A stretch of 32,144 nucleotides of DNA from Lentisphaerota bacterium (GTDB lineage Bacteria > Verrucomicrobiota > Lentisphaeria > Oligosphaerales > Oligosphaeraceae), in NCBI GenBank assembly GCA_012799755.1, contig JAAZKQ010000604.1, forward strand, positions 1 to 32,144, given 5' to 3'. Made by a program: the position numbers and the translations under genes. Below the pieces are notes generated by a model that was not told the DNA's origin, made no database searches, and saw nothing but the letters and a program-made list of their open reading frames with translations. This document shows positions 28,644-32,144 of the stretch, piece after piece; position 1 is the first letter of the stretch, and every line of letters begins with the position of its first letter.

Positions 28644-28729
28644 GTGGGTCTCTCCGTATACAATCTGTCTCATTGTCACTTCCATGTGGACGAGTGTTTA
28701 TTTGTGAGATGTTAAACGATGGCGTTGGC

Positions 28730-30286
28730 TTATTTGAGAATGTACTCGATTGAATCAACCAGCGCGAGCCAGCTGGCCTCAATGATGTCGGTTGAGACGC
28801 CGACGGTGGTCCAGACCTTCTCGCCATCGCTGCTTTCCATGAGGACGCGAACCTTGGCGGCGGTGGCCTGTTCAGCGCCGAGGACACGTACCTTATAGTC
28901 GGTCAGGTAGACCCGGCTGACTTCCGGGAAGAAGACAGCCAGGGCCTTGCGCAGGGCCAAGTCAAGGGCGTTGACGGGGCCGTTGCCCATGGAGGCGGCG
29001 GTTTCGGTCTTGTCACCGACTTCAATCTTGAGCATGGCGTAGGCGCTCATCTCGCCGTCGGGGCTGGGATATTCGCCGCTGGTCTTGTACATGTTAAGCT
29101 TGAAATGCGGGCTGAAGCGTCCGAGCACGTTCAGCACCATGAGCTCGAAGCTGGCGTCGGCCGACTCGAACTGATAGCCTTCGTGCTCCAGTTCCTTGAG
29201 GCGCCGGACGATGGCGGCCGTTTCCGGCGAGTCCTTGGTCAGTTCCGGCGCGATGCGTCCGAGCTTGGCCAGCACGGTGGTGCGACCGGATACTTCGCTC
29301 ATCAGAAAGCGCCGCTTGTTGCCGACGGATTCGGGCTCGACATGCTCAAAAGACCGCGCGCATTTGCTGACGCCGTCAATGTGCATGCCGCCCTTGTGGG
29401 CGAAGGCGCTGAGGCCGACGTAGGGCTTGTTCAAAGGCACCGGCATGTTGCAGATTTCCGAGATGGCGTAGACCGCTTCGGAAAGTCGGTTGAGGTCGCT
29501 GTTGATGCAGTCGTAGCCCTGCTTCAGTTGCAAATTGGGCACGATCACGCTGAGATCGGCGTTGCCGCAGCGCTCGCCGATGCCGATGAAAGTACCCTGC
29601 ACCTGGCTGGCGCCGACGTCCACGGCCAGCATGGAATTGGCCACCGCGCAGCCCATGTCGTTGTGGCAGTGGATGCCGATCTGCCGGCCGGGGAAGAGCT
29701 CCACGATCTCGCGGGTGATGCGCATGATTTCGTCGGGCGTGCAGCCGCCGTTGGTGTCACAGAGGCAGAGCGAGTCGGCGCCGGCGGCATCGGCGGTTTT
29801 GAGCACATTGATGGCGCAATCGCGGTTGGCCTTGAAGCCATCGAAGAAATGCTCGGCGTCAAAGATCAGTTCCTTGTCTTTCTTTTTGAAGAAGTTGACC
29901 GTGTCATGGACGAGCTCGAGGTTGTGTTCCTCGCTGATGCCCAGGATTTCGCGGATGTGGAGGTCCCAGGATTTGCCGAAGATGACCACGACGTCCGTGC
30001 GCGCTTTGAGCAGGGACAGGACGTTCTCGTCTTTTTCGACGGCGAGATTTTTGCGACGAGTGCTGCCGAAGGCGCAGAGCTTGGCATTCTTGAGCTTGAT
30101 TTCCGCGGCGCGGTTGAAGAACTCGATGTCCTTCGGATTGGAGCCGGGGTTGCCGGCTTCAATGTAATCCACGCCGATATCATCCAGGGCCTGGATGATG
30201 TGCAGCTTGTCGGAAACCGAAAAGGATATGCCTTCGCTCTGGGCGCCGTCGCGCAGGATGCTGTCAAGGATGTGTATTTTTTTCAT
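28730..30286 (-). CDS. cimA: Citramalate synthase
   Basis: LRDGAQSEG, PGSNPKD, FGKSWDLH, FDAEHFFDG, LCDTNGG, AFAHKGGMH and GYQFESADASFEL. Confidence 0.92.
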   Translation of the reverse strand: MKKIHILDSILRDGAQSEGISFSVSDKLHIIQALDDIGVDYIEAGNPGSNPKDIEFFNRAAEIKLKNAKLCAFGSTRRKNLAVEKDENVLSLLKARTDVVVIFGKSWDLHIREILGISEEHNLELVHDTVNFFKKKDKELIFDAEHFFDGFKANRDCAINVLKTADAAGADSLCLCDTNGGCTPDEIMRITREIVELFPGRQIGIHCHNDMGCAVANSMLAVDVGASQVQGTFIGIGERCGNADLSVIVPNLQLKQGYDCINSDLNRLSEAVYAISEICNMPVPLNKPYVGLSAFAHKGGMHIDGVSKCARSFEHVEPESVGNKRRFLMSEVSGRTTVLAKLGRIAPELTKDSPETAAIVRRLKELEHEGYQFESADASFELMVLNVLGRFSPHFKLNMYKTSGEYPSPDGEMSAYAMLKIEVGDKTETAASMGNGPVNALDLALRKALAVFFPEVSRVYLTDYKVRVLGAEQATAAKVRVLMESSDGEKVWTTVGVSTDIIEASWLALVDSIEYILK

Positions 30287-30293
30287 GTGTGCC

Positions 30294-31793
30294 TCATAGC
30301 AGACGATTCAGGCCATTGACATAAGCGATGATGCTGGCCTCGATGATGTCGGTTGAGAGCCCGCGGCCGATGACACTTTTGTCCCCGCATCTGATTTTCA
30401 CGATGACTTCACCGAGGGCGTCGTTGCCTTCGGTGACGGAGAAGATCGTGTAATCTTCGAGGATATGCTCGGGTGCCGGCATCAACTTGTCAATAGCATT
30501 GTAGGCGGCGTCAATGGGGCCATCGCCTATTGCTACCTCCTCAAGCAGCTTGTCTTCGTGTTTGAGTCTGATGATGGCGCTGGACGTGACGTAGTTGCCG
30601 CAGTTGACGGTGAAGCGGTCAAGCGTGAAGGCCCCGGAGGCGCCGACGACGCTGCGGTTGGCCAGAGCCTCGAGATCGTGGTCGTTGATGATCTTCTTTT
30701 TATCGGTCAGCTTTTTGAAGCGTTCGAACAGTTTGTCTATGTCTTCTTTGCTGAGGGCATAGCCCAGTTCAGTCAGGCGTTGTTCGATGGCATGGCGCCC
30801 GCTGTGTTTGCCGAAGACCATCTTGTTTTCGAGCAGGCCGATGGACTGGGGCGTCATGATCTCATAGGTTTCGCGGTTGGCCAGAACGCCGTGCTGATGG
30901 ATACCGGCCTCGTGGGAGAAGGCGTTGGCGCCGACGATTGCCTTGTTGATCGGCGCCGGCAGTCCCAGCAGATTGTAGACCAAACGGCTGGAGGGATAGA
31001 TCTGGGTGCTGTCAATATTCGTCTTGCAGTTGTAATAGTTTTTGCGGGTGTGGATACCCATGACGATTTCTTCCAGGGCGGCATTGCCGGCGCGTTCGCC
31101 CAAGCCATTGATAGTGCATTCAATCTGGCCGGCGCCGGCGCTGAGGGCGGCCAGCGAGTTGGCCACGGCCAGTCCCAGGTCGTCGTGGCAGTGAACAGAG
31201 AGAGTTACGTTCTCAATGCCGCGGACATTGTTTTGCAGGTAGTTGAGCATCTCAACCATTTCCATGGGCGTGGCGTAGCCGACGGTGTCGGGGACATTCA
31301 CCGTCGTCGCGCCGGCGGCGATGGCCGTTTCCAGCGCGCGCGCCAGGAATTCCTTGTCGCTGCGCATGGCGTCCTCGGCGGAGTATTCCACGTCGGGCAG
31401 GTATTTTTTGGCGTAGCGGACCATGGCGTCAATGGTTTCCAAAACCTTCTCAGGCGTCATCTTCAGCTTATACTGCATGTGGATGGGGGAGGTGGCCAGG
31501 AAGGTGTGGATGCGTGCGCTTTTGGCCTTGCGCAGCGATTCATAAGCCGCGTCAATGTCCTTGGGCACCGCGCGCGCCAGGCTGCAGATGGTGCTGTTCT
31601 TGACGACTTCGCAGATCTTTTGGATGGACTCGAAATCGCCCTGGGAGGCGATGGCGAAGCCCGCTTCGATGACGTCAACGCGCAGGCGTTCCAGCGCCAG
31701 GGCGATCTCAATTTTTTCGTTGAGATGCATGCTGCAACTGGGTGCCTGTTCGCCGTCTCTCAGGGTTGTGTCAAATATCTTAATGGTTCTCAT
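30294..31793 (-). CDS. leuA: 2-isopropylmalate synthase
   Basis: [45 protein letters not shown] and a C-terminal regulatory domain. Start is ATG 31793 or 31829. Confidence 0.95.
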   Translation of the reverse strand: MRTIKIFDTTLRDGEQAPSCSMHLNEKIEIALALERLRVDVIEAGFAIASQGDFESIQKICEVVKNSTICSLARAVPKDIDAAYESLRKAKSARIHTFLATSPIHMQYKLKMTPEKVLETIDAMVRYAKKYLPDVEYSAEDAMRSDKEFLARALETAIAAGATTVNVPDTVGYATPMEMVEMLNYLQNNVRGIENVTLSVHCHDDLGLAVANSLAALSAGAGQIECTINGLGERAGNAALEEIVMGIHTRKNYYNCKTNIDSTQIYPSSRLVYNLLGLPAPINKAIVGANAFSHEAGIHQHGVLANRETYEIMTPQSIGLLENKMVFGKHSGRHAIEQRLTELGYALSKEDIDKLFERFKKLTDKKKIINDHDLEALANRSVVGASGAFTLDRFTVNCGNYVTSSAIIRLKHEDKLLEEVAIGDGPIDAAYNAIDKLMPAPEHILEDYTIFSVTEGNDALGEVIVKIRCGDKSVIGRGLSTDIIEASIIAYVNGLNRLL

Positions 31794-31937
31794 GATGCCT
31801 TGCTCCGTATCTGGTTGCTTGATTGTCATCAGCGTTTTGTTTGGTGGCTCCGGCTCTTGTTTGGCCGGTTTTGCGGCCTTGTTCCCGCTGATCGCAGCGG
31901 GCCGCCGCGTCGAGACTTGCCTTAGGTGCTTGCTTGC

Positions 31938-32144
31938 TCAATCCTTGAAGGCTGCGCCTTGGTCGGCGGAGGTGACGGCTTGCGCATAGCGTCTAAGGTA
32001 GCCACTAAGGCCCTCCTGCTTGCGCAGAAGCATGCTTTGGCGACGCTTTGCCCATTCGTCGTCCGTAAGCAGCGCATTGAGGGTGCCCTTGCTGATGTCA
32101 ATGGCGATACGGTCGCCGTCTTGCAGGTAGGCAATGGGGCCGCC
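31938..32144 (-). CDS. ilvD: Dihydroxy-acid dehydratase, C-terminal part (runs off the window edge)
   Basis: Manual translation, not in the ORF track: GGPIAYLQDGDRIAIDISKGTLNALLTDDEWAKRR...GYLRRYAQAVTSADQGAAFKD*. Confidence 0.9.
   Translation of the reverse strand, partial: GGPIAYLQDGDRIAIDISKGTLNALLTDDEWAKRRQSMLLRKQEGLSGYLRRYAQAVTSADQGAAFKD

Noticed and set aside
27333-31925. Long plus-strand ORFs (27333..28715, 29105..30319, 30465..31925)
   Set aside because: They are antisense shadows of GC-rich leuC, cimA and leuA and have no recognisable motifs.

Overview
GC-rich bacterial window with three parts. (1) At the left is an alpha/beta hydrolase gene followed by a REP-like repeat cluster. 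(2) The centre is a ~21 kb minus-strand operon (22374->1474) with overlapping or nearly abutting start and stop codons. It looks like an expanded DNA phosphorothioation (PT) defence island: sspB(DUF4007)-sspC(ATPase)-sspD(PAPS reductase)-sspA(cysteine desulfurase), then a DndFGH/SspFGH-like effector trio, then a second divergent DUF4007 + SspC/BrxC-like ATPase pair. The F-like NTPase carries an extra, low-GC N-terminal domain resembling the sulfur-binding (PT-reader) domain of ScoMcrA-type enzymes, with no HNH nuclease attached. The second ATPase is split by one in-frame TAA. (3) At the right is a 2.1 kb intergenic region in which different hairpin elements sit between copies of a ~50 bp palindrome, then carbamate kinase, then a branched-chain amino acid operon (partial ilvD, leuA, cimA, leuC, leuD, leuB). 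All family assignments come from motifs read by eye and from gene order; no database searches were run.
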